DNA of 62,960 nucleotides, the filler included, from Octopus bimaculoides (Eukaryota), in NCBI RefSeq assembly GCF_001194135.2. It is 4 parts of 4 records of this genome, joined end to end, with 100 filler letters (N's around TTAATTAATTAA, not from the genome) between each part and the next. Parts side by side here need not be neighbours in the genome. Positions count along the whole stretch, not along the records: positions 1 to 16,041 come from NC_068982.1; positions 16,142 to 33,085 come from NC_068986.1; 2 more parts are not named here. One strand, written 5' to 3'. Each line of letters opens with the position of its first letter. Positions within the stretch are counted from its first letter, which is position 1. The position numbers were made by a program, and so were the translations under genes. Positions 12,991 to 24,595 of this stretch are shown here, in pieces. The notes below the pieces were generated by a model. The model was not told the DNA's origin, did no database searches, and saw only the letters and a list, made by a program, of their open reading frames with translations.

Positions 12991-13962
12991 ACCAATTTAA
13001 TCTTGTTTTGCTTTGTCCATTGGTCTTGCTAATCTTTCATAATTACATATTGTCAACTTAAAAGCAACAACATTTATACTCATTAATGTGAATAACAAAA
13101 CGTAAAGGAAAAAACGATATGTTTCAAAAGTTGACGTGTATCAAATTAAAAGGGAGAGTTGTTTAGTAAAACAATTATTTTGACACTGAACAGATTATTG
13201 AAAGTAATTTCGTTAATCTACATATTTGACACTCAGGAAAAATTAATTTTGTAACACTGATTGTTACGGAAAGCATTGGGAAAGAAATTTATAGATTAAA
13301 ACGTCACAACCGGAAGCAATAAAGAGCCGAATGTTTTAATTGCCAGGATTAATTTAAAGCTATTATTATGCGCTATGAGCAATTTCCTCTAATTTACATA
13401 TTTGCAATGATCATTCATAAATCACAAAGACAATTATTTAAGAAAGTTGATGTGATAATTAAAGCAGTTTATGTTATATTTGTTGAGGCCTTGCATATAC
13501 AAGAGTACAAAGTCATCGCATTGTAAAAATCTTGTGACACGATATCACCAAAATATTGGAGAATCTAGATAATTGTTTCAAGTAAATATGTGTTGTATTA
13601 TTCTTCTGACGTTTGAGATCGGCTTTTCAGTTTCATCTCACCACTAGAAGCTTCCAGATAATTTTTTTGCAATGAAAAGCTTTCAATCCCGGTAATTAAA
13701 ACATTTAGTAAAGCAATGACAACTTCCGTCATAGTATATATACATATACATACATACATACATACATACATACATACATACATACATACATANNNNNNNN
13801 NNNNNNNNNNNNNNNNNNNNNNNNNNNNNNNNNNNNNNNNNNNNNNNNNNNNNNNNNNNNNNNNNNNNNNNNNNNNNNNNNNNNNNNNNNNNNNNNNNNN
13901 NNNNNNNNNNNNNNNNNNNNNNNNNNNNNNNNNNNNNNNNNNNNNATATATATATATATAAA

Positions 13963-14800
13963 TGCGAGGAGGTACCCAAAAGAAACCGGAATTTTGCAAT
14001 ATTATTTTATTCACTTAGTTTTACATGTTTACACTTTTATCGCCTTCAAAGTGTTCTCTATTTGAAGCGATGCATCGGTCCAGACGCCTTTTCTACTGTT
14101 CGAAGCAGTGCTGGGCCTTCTGCGAAATGATGCTTTTTAACTCCATCATCGTTTCTTTATTCACCTCTTCGACATCTGCAAATTCCGTAGGACCAGTTTT
14201 CGTCACCAGTGAGGACTTTCGAAAAAAGGTCCGAATCGACTTCCAACTGTTCTTTCAGTTCACTACATGCATTCAATCGTGACTGCTTTTGATCTTCTGT
14301 GAGCAGCGAAGAACACTTTTTGCTGCAACTCTTTTCATTCGCAATTTCTCGCTCAAAATTTGTTGGTTGGAGCTCCAGGACACACAAATCATATCAACAA
14401 GTTCGTCAACAAGATCAGTTCATAAATGTTCATCATGTTTTCATTCGTTCAGGAGGTCGACAGTCGTCCTGAGCGAGGTTGATCTTCAAGCGACAAGTGA
14501 CCGTTCATAAAGCATGGAAATCACTCGTAAACTAGTGCTTTGCTTATGGCAGCGTCCTTGTAAGCGGTTTGAAGCATGACAACTGTTTCAGCGGCCGTTG
14601 TCCCCAGCAGAAGAGAGAACTTCACGGAGGCTCGGTGCTCCTTCGTTTCAGCCAATGCAGAAATCGACGGACAGGGGAAGACACTGCAAAATAAAGACAC
14701 ACCGCGTAGTAGTACGAGTTCACTGGAGCCGCTGGTCGGTAGACCTATATCTGAGGTTCACATTAAGTGGCTTCTAGCGGTGGAAACGTGAACTACAACG
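13963..14800 (-). mobile_element. Internally deleted mariner (irritans/Hsmar2-like terminus)
   Basis: LLTEDQKQSRLNACSELKEQLEVDSDLFSKVLTGDENWSYG joined directly to C-terminal FADVEEV...RRLDRCIASNREHFEGD; terminal sequence tgcgaggaggtacccaaaagaaaccggaat at 13963. Confidence 0.85.
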
Positions 14801-16005
14801 TGTTTGTCCCCTACAGACACATACATATACACATACACATACATATTTATATATGATAATAATTATATGATATAAATGATAATAATTTATATATATANNN
14901 NNNNNNNNNNNNNNNNNNNNNNNNNNNNNNNNNNNNNNNNNNNNNNNNNNNNNNNNNNNNNNNNNNNNNNNNNNNNNNNNNNNNNNNNNNNNNNNNNNNN
15001 NNNNNNNNNNNNNNNNNNNNNNNNNNNNNNNNNNNNNNNNNNNNNNNNNNNNNNNNNNNNNNNNNNNNNNNNNNNNNNNNNNNNNNNNNNNNNNNNNNNN
15101 NNNNNNNNNNNNNNNNNNNNNNNNNNNNNNNNNNNNNNNNNNNNNNNNNNNNNNNNNNNNNNNNNNNNNNNNNNNNNNNNNNNNNNNNNNNNNNNNNNNN
15201 NNNNNNNNNNNNNNNNNNNNNNNNNNNNNNNNNNNNNCCAATTTGCATTTTCGCTTATTTTTCTTCTTACTTTCCCCTTACATTTCCACGTGTAGTTTCT
15301 CTTTTGTTTTTGTAATATATTTCTATTATATATATATATATATATATATATGATGATAATTTCAAAGAAATATTTTCTTGTATCTGTGAGTTGCTGGAAA
15401 ATGTTTGTGAAGGAAAGACAGGTATCTTTTACCTTTATTTGTTTTTACAATAAGGGAAACGGGAGGCAAAAAGCAACTTCGTCCAATTCGCTTCCTCACC
15501 AAAACCAGTACGCAAAGGAGACCCGAAAACACTGAAAGGCGGTGCGACAGCATGGCCTCAACCTCTGGCTAAAATCAGTAAAGCAATAAAAGAAAAGCAA
15601 GAAAATATAAAAGTAAAGTTGGAAAAGGCACAGAAGTATATTTTAGAGAATGTTTAACATGTTTCTTACAGTGAGTGATTTAGAATATTAGAATATAACC
15701 GGTTTCGACGTGTCCATCTTATCAAATATATATTTTGAGCCTGAATTGTTTAGGGGGAGTGTGGCACGTGGCCACTACCTTGAATTTATTCTGAGCTAAT
15801 ACTTGATTTCTGCTCAGCTGACAATATATATAGTAATTACATCGCATAACATGTACCACTTGTGCCTGTGTACATACATGGATGCGCAGAAGACGCCGGG
15901 TTAGTCCACAACTGCTTAACACCGTATTATCTGTAATGTTTCTGAGTGACTAATAAGACTAAAGTTACGTAGCGGTGTTTGCCACGATCTGACGATCAAT
16001 TTCAC

Positions 16006-16041
<36 letters not shown>

Positions 16042-16140
16042 NNNNNNNNNNNNNNNNNNNNNNNNNNNNNNNNNNNNNNNNNNNNTTAATTAATTAANNN
16101 NNNNNNNNNNNNNNNNNNNNNNNNNNNNNNNNNNNNNNNN

Positions 16141-16391
16141 NCTTGCTTTAGTTTTTCTTTTGCCTCAGGTAAGGCTTTTTCTGTAATGCTGTATTTGTAC
16201 AGTATTTTTTGTTTTCTTCTTGTTACTTAGTTGCGTTGATTGTTTACTAATTTCGTTGAGAATCGATAAATCTTTTCTCTTTTTTTTAATTTTGTTCTGG
16301 ATGTTATTTATCCACAAGGTCTGTTTGGGTGGTAGAACTCCTGTTCGGATGGGTTTGAGTGAGTATCCTGCTTCTTTTGTGGCTGCAGTGG

Positions 16392-16392
<1 letters not shown>
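16141..16392 (-). mobile_element. R4/Dong-clade non-LTR retrotransposon fragment (pre-RT region), cut by a gap
   Basis: ATAATKEAGYSLKPIRTGVLPPKQTLWINNIQNKIKKKRKDLSILNEI resembles the conserved R4/Dong region upstream of RT; abuts a (TAA)n array. Confidence 0.65.
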
Positions 16393-16449
<57 letters not shown>

Positions 16450-16492
16450 GTTGGTTTTATTATTATCATTATTATTATTATTATTGCTATTA

Positions 16493-16562
<70 letters not shown>
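16393..16562. repeat. (TAA)n/(ATT)n array
   Basis: Direct reading; imperfect trinucleotide array. Confidence 0.97.
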
Positions 16563-16564
<2 letters not shown>

Positions 16565-18097
16565 GATCAACTATGCTGCTCCCCACAAAATCATGTTCCC
16601 TAATAAGAATCTGGAGACGACATTAGAGATGTTATACATCTCAAGGGCGTTGAGTAGCCAATTACGTGGGACGCTATCAAACGCTTTCCTGTAGCCAATC
16701 CATGCCATACTCATCTTTTTGCTTCGGCAATTCTCTACAACCATTTTATTTATGATGAGTAATTGATCTTTGCACTCATAATTCCTTTTACAGCTATTTT
16801 GAGTTTGTGGGAGGGTAAACTTCTCTTTCAGAAAAGTGTATATTCTTTCAGTTAGTATGGATGTGAGGATCTTGTAGGTGGTGTTTAGAAATTTTGAGTC
16901 TTCAGTTTTTGGTAGAAGGTATGTTGTGTCTTAAGTCAGCCAGGCAGGTATTTCCTCTGGGTTCTGGAGGATATCTGATGGAAATGCAGCGAAATTATGC
17001 CGTACTTCTGTCAAAAAAATTCAGCCAGAAGTTAGGAAATGCGGTCCTGTCCTGGTGTTTTCCATGTGTGAGACTACTTAAGAACACATCTTAGCTCTTC
17101 TATCTCTATTTCTTCCCATTTCTTCTCTTTAGCTTCATCCATTCGCACTTTCTCACGCCCTGCTCAGTCAACTTCAGCATTATTTTCTGTTTTGTTTCTC
17201 CATATCTTCTTCCAGAACTCTTCCATTTCCTCAGTCTCCTTTACATCTATCTTACTTTTTCCAATTTCCCTATAAAATTTGTCTGCATCCGTCTTGAATA
17301 CGTTGCTTTATTAAGGAAATTTGATTCTTTCATCATACCTTCTGAGACGCTGGGTTATCAGGCGTATTCGCTGTTTCACTAGTTCCTTCGTTGCAGGGAG
17401 GTGTATAACACCTTTGATTTTAAATTTTTGCTTATTTTTGTGGCTTGTTTCGTTTTAACATTTATTCCTCTAGCAAATTCACAGTGAACCGATACAGAAA
17501 CTCGACATCTCTTTGTATTGCTACTTTCCTCTTGGAAGGTGTATTGACATGGTTGTTTTCTTTTTTACGTTTCGTCCTGATACCTGGTTAAACAGGTACA
17601 ACATTAGCATTGGGATAGATAAGGTTAGTTAAGATTGCTAGGGCATTTCCCTTATTTCTTAAGATCTGTCTAAGAGCAACATTATATATCATGATTATGT
17701 TGTCGTTTTTTAAACTGAGTAGCGATTCTCTATCGATCATGTTAGTAAACTCAGTCTTGTTGAGTTCTCTCACAATATCTTTTTTTGCTTCTATGACTTT
17801 TCTCTTATTCACCTCAAATTCTGTGTCATATCTATTCTTATGTCCTTGAGGTAGGTTTATTGTCTCATCTTCTCCGGTATATCAGTTCTCCGCTAATCTT
17901 TCTTCAGCTTCCTCGTTGGGATGTACTGCTCCTACACTGGGTTCTGTGCATCTGTTACCTATTTCGTCTGCTCTGTGGCTGTTTTTCATTTGGTCCACCA
18001 TCAGATATTTGTGTCGTAATTTGGCTAATATCAGCGTCAGTTAACCTTTCATTCTTAATGATGTCTCTAGGTATATTGCTTAATTTATTTGCGCTAA

Positions 18098-18272
18098 ATC
18101 CACAAAATATTTTTATTCTCCCTCTGTTTATTTTCTCTTATTCCTTTCTGCCGAAGAGCGTAACCCCGAAACGTAAAATACTTTCTCATTTTACATAGCG
18201 TCAAACTAATACACCTGCAGTTTCTTCATACACCTATCTTCGTCTTTTGTTTTTCTGTAAATTTCCATTATA
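18098..18272 (+). mobile_element. Penelope-like terminal repeat (pLTR) remnant nested in the R4/Dong copy
   Basis: ctgccgaagagcgtaaccccgaaacgtaaaatactttc...gtcttttgtttttctgtaaatttcc, same family as 37430-37620; interrupts the R4 reading frame between ..VRRY and ANKL.. Confidence 0.6.
18143..18178 (+). ncRNA. Degenerate hammerhead ribozyme motif (probably inactive)
   Basis: ttt CTGCCGA a gagc gtaa cccc GAAA CGTA aaa: core CUGANGA mutated, stem II broken, GAAACGUA retained. Confidence 0.3.
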
Positions 18273-19183
18273 TATCTGCGTACCTCGTTGCCCACTAAGT
18301 TTTTTCATGGAAATATGCTTGTACAATGCGGTTATTGTTTAGGTTTATTTAGGGTGTATAGAAAGCTCTCAATACATTTCTATAATCCTCTCTAGTCCAT
18401 TTCATGCATTTTGTTTTATGTGACGTTTTTGGTGGCGTTACTACAGGTCTAAAGTTAGGGATATCCTGGTTGTGATTAGCTAAAACATCGGGGTTTTTTA
18501 GGGTTTGTTCCAACGGCAGACTTTGCGACCCCATTCAGGTTCCCCTCTAGGTAACGCCGTCCTTGTCCCGGGTGATGACCGAACCGGCATGAGTTTTGCT
18601 TGTCATTAAAGCATTGGCTGTGAAAATAGGGGACGGGTCAGTTTCCTCGGGGTTGAATTTTAGACATGGCACCGCTTCTTGTTCTTAGAGTGGATATATC
18701 CATCATATTTTAGGTTGGTAAATCGAAAATCACCTCCATTAAAGTTTTTTTGGTGGCCGTTTCCAGGTATCACTGTTTAATGAGGTTTTGAACTAAGTAA
18801 CTAATTCGGTCATATTTTTATTCGTTTATGGGAAGTCACTTTGCTTTTTTTTTTCTTTTTGTTTGGCGTCGATCGATCGTGACGTGAGGTTTTCTTTAAT
18901 TTTCTATGTGTGTACGTGTGTGTCGAGTAGGCACTATTTATGTTGCTTGTAAATATTAACATTTGTACTTGGATACATGTAGATATGCATGTTTAGGTAA
19001 TTATTCAATTTGCGTACATACTGAGAAGTTGGCGTTTCTCCAATGTTGCTGGTGCTGGTTTCGCCTTTCTTCGTATGTCACATTAAGACATCGTACATTT
19101 AAGAAAGATGTTATTGGATTGATTTTTTGTGTGGAGAGAGCTTCTTAGTGTACGTTCATATTGTTATTTAGCCTGGAACTATC

Positions 19184-19190
19184 TTATTAC

Positions 19191-19260
<70 letters not shown>
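19184..19260. repeat. (ATT)n array
   Basis: Direct reading. Confidence 0.97.
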
Positions 19261-19262
<2 letters not shown>

Positions 19263-19456
19263 GGCGGCGAGCTGACAGGATAGTTAAACACGCCGGACGA
19301 AATTCTTAGCGGTATTTCATCTGCCACTACGTTCTGAGTTCAAATTCCACCGAAGTTGACTTTCATTCTTTCAAGGTCGAGTAAATAAGTACCAGTTCCG
19401 TGGTAATCGACTTAACCCCTTTCCCCAAATTTGAAGCCTAGTGTTTCCAGTAGAAT

Positions 19457-19457
<1 letters not shown>
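19261..19457 (+). mobile_element. SINE family A copy between two (ATT)n arrays
   Basis: aaggcggcgagctgacagg...gttctgagttcaaattccaccgaagttgac...gtagaatg. Confidence 0.82.

Positions 19458-19515
<58 letters not shown>
19458..19515. repeat. (ATT)n array (TAA tail of the adjacent Dong copy)
   Basis: Direct reading. Confidence 0.95.
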
Positions 19516-19989
19516 TTATGTTTGACTTTTGTTTTGCATTTGTACAAGTTGGATCCAAGTCTCACCCAGAGACCTCAAGAGACAACAAGTTAGAAGTTCA
19601 TGTAGGTGTTATGCCTAGGGTACCATATATTTGGATTTGTACAGTTTTGTTCAAGTGAATGTTTAAGAAACCATAAGAAAATTATGTGTTTGCTTTAAAA
19701 TTTGAGATCACATAGACAGTAGTTTACGTAGGATATGGGCAGTTCCCATGAGCCCTATCTTTTGAACTTCAGCGAGTTTGGGGTTTCCTGGTATCTGAGC
19801 TAGGTAGTAATCAGCCCGTTTCGCTATCATTCCCAGGGCACCTACGACAATATGTATTGTTTTCGTCTTCAGATTCCACATTTTGCTAATTTCTATTTCA
19901 AGATCTTTATATTTGCTCAGTTTTTAGTAGGTCTTGACAGATACGTTTATATCGATTGGGACAGTGATATCAATGAGGAGGCATGATTT
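19516..19989 (-). mobile_element. 3' end of an R4/Dong element (restriction-like endonuclease tail plus 3'UTR)
   Basis: CLLIDITVPIDINVSVKTY*KLSKYKDLEIEISKMWNLKTKTIHIVVGALGMI...QKIGLMGTAHILRKLLSM*, then UTR ending in (TAA)n on the sense strand. Confidence 0.88.
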
Positions 19990-20262
19990 GTGCTTTCACC
20001 GCATTACCGAGCACAGCTCCGTGTGCCTTGGGTATGTGCTGTTGTTTGTTGTGGTGCTCTTATTTTATAGTATTGAAAGTGTCTTACGTACGATGCGTGC
20101 GGTGCCTAGTAGTGCTATTTTTGTATGTTTCATATACTAGTCAGTTCTGCTGTTTTTGTTATGTACATGTCTGAAAATATTTTTATCATATCTAATGCAC
20201 CTACTATGATACGAATTGTTTCTGTTCTTAAACTGCACATTCGAGTTACTTCTATTTCCAGG

Positions 20263-20263
<1 letters not shown>
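19990..20263 (-). mobile_element. 3' end of a second R4/Dong subfamily
   Basis: LEIEVTRMCSLRTETIRIIVGALDMIK...QKIALLGTARIVRKTLSIL* plus a different short 3'UTR; 5' side abuts (TAA)n. Confidence 0.85.
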
Positions 20264-20325
<62 letters not shown>

Positions 20326-20351
20326 CCTTATTATTATTATTATCATTATTA

Positions 20352-20405
<54 letters not shown>
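20264..20405. repeat. (ATT)n array
   Basis: Direct reading. Confidence 0.97.
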
Positions 20406-20406
<1 letters not shown>

Positions 20407-20789
20407 GAATTAATTTTAGATTCATATCCTACATGCTTATGTCACCCCGTCAAAACGCATTGATCTCACAAAGGTATATCTACAGCATGTGATTGCATAT
20501 AAGCCACACCCGAATTTAATAAGATGAGTGCAGTTTATGTGCACGGCCTGTAACCAGTCAATAACCACCACCAGTAGTAAATATTATCCTACATCAATCA
20601 TTATAGCAGGCGTGGACTACATGCTAAAGTCGCGTGAGAAGCGAGATCATATATATCGAAAAATCAATAATTTTATTGTTTTTTTGATTCGTTAATATTT
20701 TCAAAGATATTCTTTGGAATATCGTGTTATATATTGCAGAGTCTCTTCGAAATGGTTTGTTTATTTATCTTTCCTTTATCTTTTACTTC

Positions 20790-21045
20790 TTTCCGCCATT
20801 AGATTTCGGCCATGCTGCGGCTCCACCTTGAAGTATATTTGGTCGAATGAATCGGTCCTACCATTACGTTTGTTAAGCCTGATACTTAGTCCATCGGGCT
20901 ATTTTGCTGAAAGGCTAGGTCACAGCAGCGGTTGTCATTCTGTGGTGGACGGGGAAACAGAGAAAGCTATACATGAACGCACACCCACACAAACACACAC
21001 ACATTCTTTTATTCTTTTACTTGTTTCAATCATTGTATATTGGTA
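20790..21045 (-). mobile_element. SINE family B tail fragment
   Basis: gatttcggccatgctgcggctccaccttgaag...gctattttgctgaaaggctaggtcacag matches the tail at 2150-2350. Confidence 0.6.
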
Positions 21046-21059
21046 TTGATAAATTTAAA

Positions 21060-21472
21060 ATAATTTAATCTTATTTTATTATTGCAAAATAATAACAGTT
21101 ACTGAAATTTGTTTTTTAGGCTAAGCTTTAAAAAGTCTTTTATTTTTTCATGCCTAATTGCAAACTGCATTCATAAATAAAGCGTCTACCATGTACGGTA
21201 AACACGGCCAAATTGTATTCTTAAATTTTGATTAGAAGTTTTTTTTACTGTACTGTATTAAAAAAAACAAATTATATTATTTGTTTGTAAGCTTAAAATA
21301 GGTTTTTACTAACCTATTATTGAATGTATTATTGAAAATGCATTCATAAAGTACATAACGGGGAATGGTTATAATCGGTTTAGCCTAGATACAAATTAAT
21401 TCGATTTATGTCGTTTTTCGACTTAAGTGGTGTCTCCTGGAACCTATTAACGACGTAGGGTGAGGTATGCCT
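21060..21472. mobile_element. pogo/Tigger-like MITE remnant
   Basis: Ends ggaacctattaacgacgtagggtgaggtatgccta, resembling Tigger-type terminus (gaacctat..acgacgttaagtgaggacttactg); AT-rich body. Left boundary uncertain. Confidence 0.4.
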
Positions 21473-22839
21473 ATATATATATATACGACGGGTTTCTTTC
21501 AGTTTTCGTCTATCAAATCCACTCACAAGGCTTTGGTTGGCCAAAGGCTGTAGTAGCTGATCCATATTCACTAAGTGTTGTAAACTTGACTTTAAATTAT
21601 TTACAGAATATAAATAAATTAATTTCAAGTTGTGGAACATGGCTAAGAATTGTGAACGTGAAGGAAAGTACATCGAACTCAGCAGTCAAGTGGTACTCAT
21701 CTTATTGAGCCCAGAACGGATAAAAGGTAAAGTGGACCTCAGTGGAATTTGAGCACTCAATGTGCAGCCAGAATTACACTGCAACACATTTTGTCCGATC
21801 TGCTCCCGATTCTGTCAGATCGCTGTCGCCATTTTATGAATAAATTAATCCTAAAACGTGTTCAAAATGAAATTCATTTTTTTACATCTATTTCAGACTT
21901 TTGGAACTTAATCAAACAACTTTAGTCACGTGTATGGTGGATCTAGCTTTAGGCTGAGTTCATCGTGAGGATAAACCCGCGTCTTCTTTTGGCTGGAAAG
22001 GGCAGGCAGTTTTCCCCTGTTTAGTGGCAAAGACAAAAGAAATACTGTAGTGGATGCTATTAAAAGTAATGAACACTGATATTTCATCTTCAACCAAGCT
22101 CTCATCAATATTTCCGAGTTTCACTTGGAAAGGAAATATAGGTCGGAGCGGGAAATGGAGAGATGTCAGTGAATTTAGCGAGGATGTCCGGCGTGATTGT
22201 GTCTACTCTGACCATGCGTTTGTAGCTTGTGGCGAGTAGGAGGGAGACGTGTAACAGCTTGAAGTGCACATAGCAATCAGATGTTCTGGATGTGTGGGGT
22301 CCTTTTGTGGCCCCTTCAAAGAGCGTCCTCCGTAGTGTAGAGTTATTGCTTCGGATTTTATTGGTAATTGTTAATCCTGTCTCTGTTTTCCTTTTATACA
22401 TACTATATGTTCACAATCACATAATTGTGTTTTCATTTTGTTTTTGTATGTGTTCCTTATAGTCAATGAAAACGGAAAAAAATTATATTCGTGAAATTTA
22501 AATACAGAATTTATTATTAGTTTTCAGATAATCTGTATTATACGCACTCGTATATGAATAGAATTTTCTCCCTCACCCACCCCACCGTTCCCTGGTGAGC
22601 ATTTTTCTTCATATTCGTTTTCTACATGTCGTTGTTCACCTATTGCACTCTTTCTTTCTTTCTTTTTTGCTCGGGTCAAGCACTTTAGTTTGACCGTTTT
22701 CTCTTGGTATAAATGCTGGGCTACAGCAAATATTCTGCTCAATACCACAGACTTGCTTGTCAGTTGCTTGACCTTAAACTTACTGGCTGACGAGATGCGC
22801 ATCTCTGATCACGCGCAAAAATAGTAGGGAGTATACTGT

Positions 22840-23045
22840 TTTTACTCTTTTACTTGTTTCAGACATTTTACTGTGGTCATGCTGGAGTACCGCCTTTAGT
22901 CGAGTAAATCGACCCCAGGACTTATTCTTTGTAAGCCTAGTACTTATTCGACCTCAGTGGAATTTGAACTCAGAACGTAAAGGCAAACGAAATACCGCTA
23001 AGCATTTCGGCCTGCGTGCTAATGTTTCTGCCAGCTCGCTGCCTT
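22840..23045 (-). mobile_element. Fused SINE B tail plus SINE A head fragments
   Basis: tactcttttacttgtttcag...gtaagcctagtacttatt followed by cgacctcagtggaatttgaactcagaacg...ctgccagctcgctgcc. Confidence 0.75.
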
Positions 23046-23461
23046 CGTCGCGGTAATGACATTGCTAATGGAAAGCTAACTGATTACTTAACAATTACTT
23101 TAAGTCACAAAATGCAAGGAAGACAACTTCCGTACATCACTGTATTATATTAAATGCAATATGAAACGTAATAGCAAAAAAGTCTGAAATTTAGAAGCGC
23201 AGTGAACATTTCAGACATATTTCGTTATTTAATTATTTTAATTAATTTATATTTGTGAGCAGTGTGCTTGACTTTCTTTTTCTTTTAGCTATGTATAATA
23301 ATTAAACCAATTTAATATCATCTCATTAGTGCTGTTCGCTTATTAGAAAAACCCGCTAGTTAGCACAAATTTGGTTTCCTATTAAATGTTGATGATCGAG
23401 GTGACACAGAGCATTTTTCGCATTTGTTGAAATATCTGTTTCTTAGTGAGATAGAGGGAGA

Positions 23462-23498
<37 letters not shown>

Positions 23499-23500
23499 GC

Positions 23501-23553
<53 letters not shown>

Positions 23554-23595
23554 AAAGGGAAAAAGACAGAAAATTTATGTGTTTGTGTGTTTATG

Positions 23596-24122
23596 CATGA
23601 CACGATGGGCAAATTCTCGCCATTTTATATCTTTAATTTCGCGCTTGCACATTTGATTTTGTCGACGACACACGATCGTATGGTCAGTTGGGCACCGTCT
23701 TTGAGGAAAACAGGATACTGCACCATGCCTCACAAGCAGGAGAACCTAGTCATTGCAGTCAGAAAATTTCTGCGACCACATCACTCCTAACATCTGGACG
23801 CCTAACACCCTAGACTACAAAGATCTTGTTATGCGTGGGGCGCAGTTGAGCTAAAGAACAACAAAATTCCTTGTAAAACCAAAGATGAAGTGAAAGAAAG
23901 GATTATGACAGCATTCAACAGCACCCGTAAGGGCTGCAGGAGATTCCCAAGTCATCTGGAATCTGTGGTTGAAACCTTTGGCAATTTTATTCAATGAATT
24001 TACTCTTTAGTATTTCAAGATATCTTTATATAATGTTGGTAAATATATTTCTTAAAATTGGATGTCGGTATTATTTGCATCTTTGCGCATTTTAGACGAC
24101 AATTTATTCATCGCACCATGTA
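23596..24122 (+). mobile_element. Internally deleted Tc1/mariner (maT/DD37D-like) element
   Basis: QDTAPCLTSRRT*SLQSENFCDHITPNIWTPN..D...WGAVE...CKTKDEVKERIMTAF..CRRFPSHLESVVE (QDxAPxH and WPPxSPD motifs decayed); 3' end aatttattcatcgcaccatgTA. Confidence 0.8.
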
Positions 24123-24309
24123 TATATATATATATATATATGGTCTGTAGCTTATACCAACAGCTGGGTGTTTGTTTGCTTACCCCAACACGTGGGACGT
24201 CGGTTACACCTACGTTTGGAGAGCGACTGCTACTCTTCCATAAGGTCTAATGTTGCGAATGGTTTTGTTATACGGTGCCGTAATTTACAATCCTTTAAAT
24301 ACTAATAAT

Positions 24310-24595
24310 GGTATATTTATACACGCTTAAAGCTTGTGGTGATCACCGTGCATTGATTGAGGAATATAGTCTAATAAGGGGGCATATACGCCCTCGACAG
24401 AAAATAGAAGGCTTTCCTATCTGCGTGGGACACGAGGCCACATCCCTTTGTTAACGCGATTAAGTGTGTTACGCTTACAGGCGGATAGGAAAGCCTTCTT
24501 TGTTCTGTGGAAGGCTTATATACCTCGTTATTAGACTATTTTCCCTAGTCATTGCACGCTGAATGCCATAAGCTTTAAGCTTCTATAAAAATACC
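24310..24595. mobile_element. Foldback/MITE-like element with ~115-bp diverged inverted arms
   Basis: ggtatatttatacacgcttaaagcttgtgg...atagtctaataag...gaaggctttcctatctgc versus gcggataggaaagccttc...ttattagactat...ccataagctttaagcttctataaaaatacc (roughly 80% complementary by eye). Confidence 0.72.

Larger units (their letters stand above)
16563..19183 (-). mobile_element. 5' part of an R4/Dong-clade retrotransposon (probable 5'UTR, N-terminus to mid-RT), frameshifted
   Basis: Minus-strand motifs MKWTREDYRNVLRAFY, ANKLSNIPRDIIKNERLTDADI, FYREIGK..EEFWKKIW, WKTPGQDRISNFWL, TTYKILTSI, CKDQLLI..KM, MSMAWIGYRKAFDSVPRNWL: typical R4-clade RT domains 0-2. Confidence 0.85.

Noticed and set aside
16086-16097. 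TTAATTAATTAA centred in an N gap (identical at 33130-33141 and 61748-61759)
   Set aside because: A six-frame stop linker placed symmetrically inside N runs; an assembly spacer, not biology.
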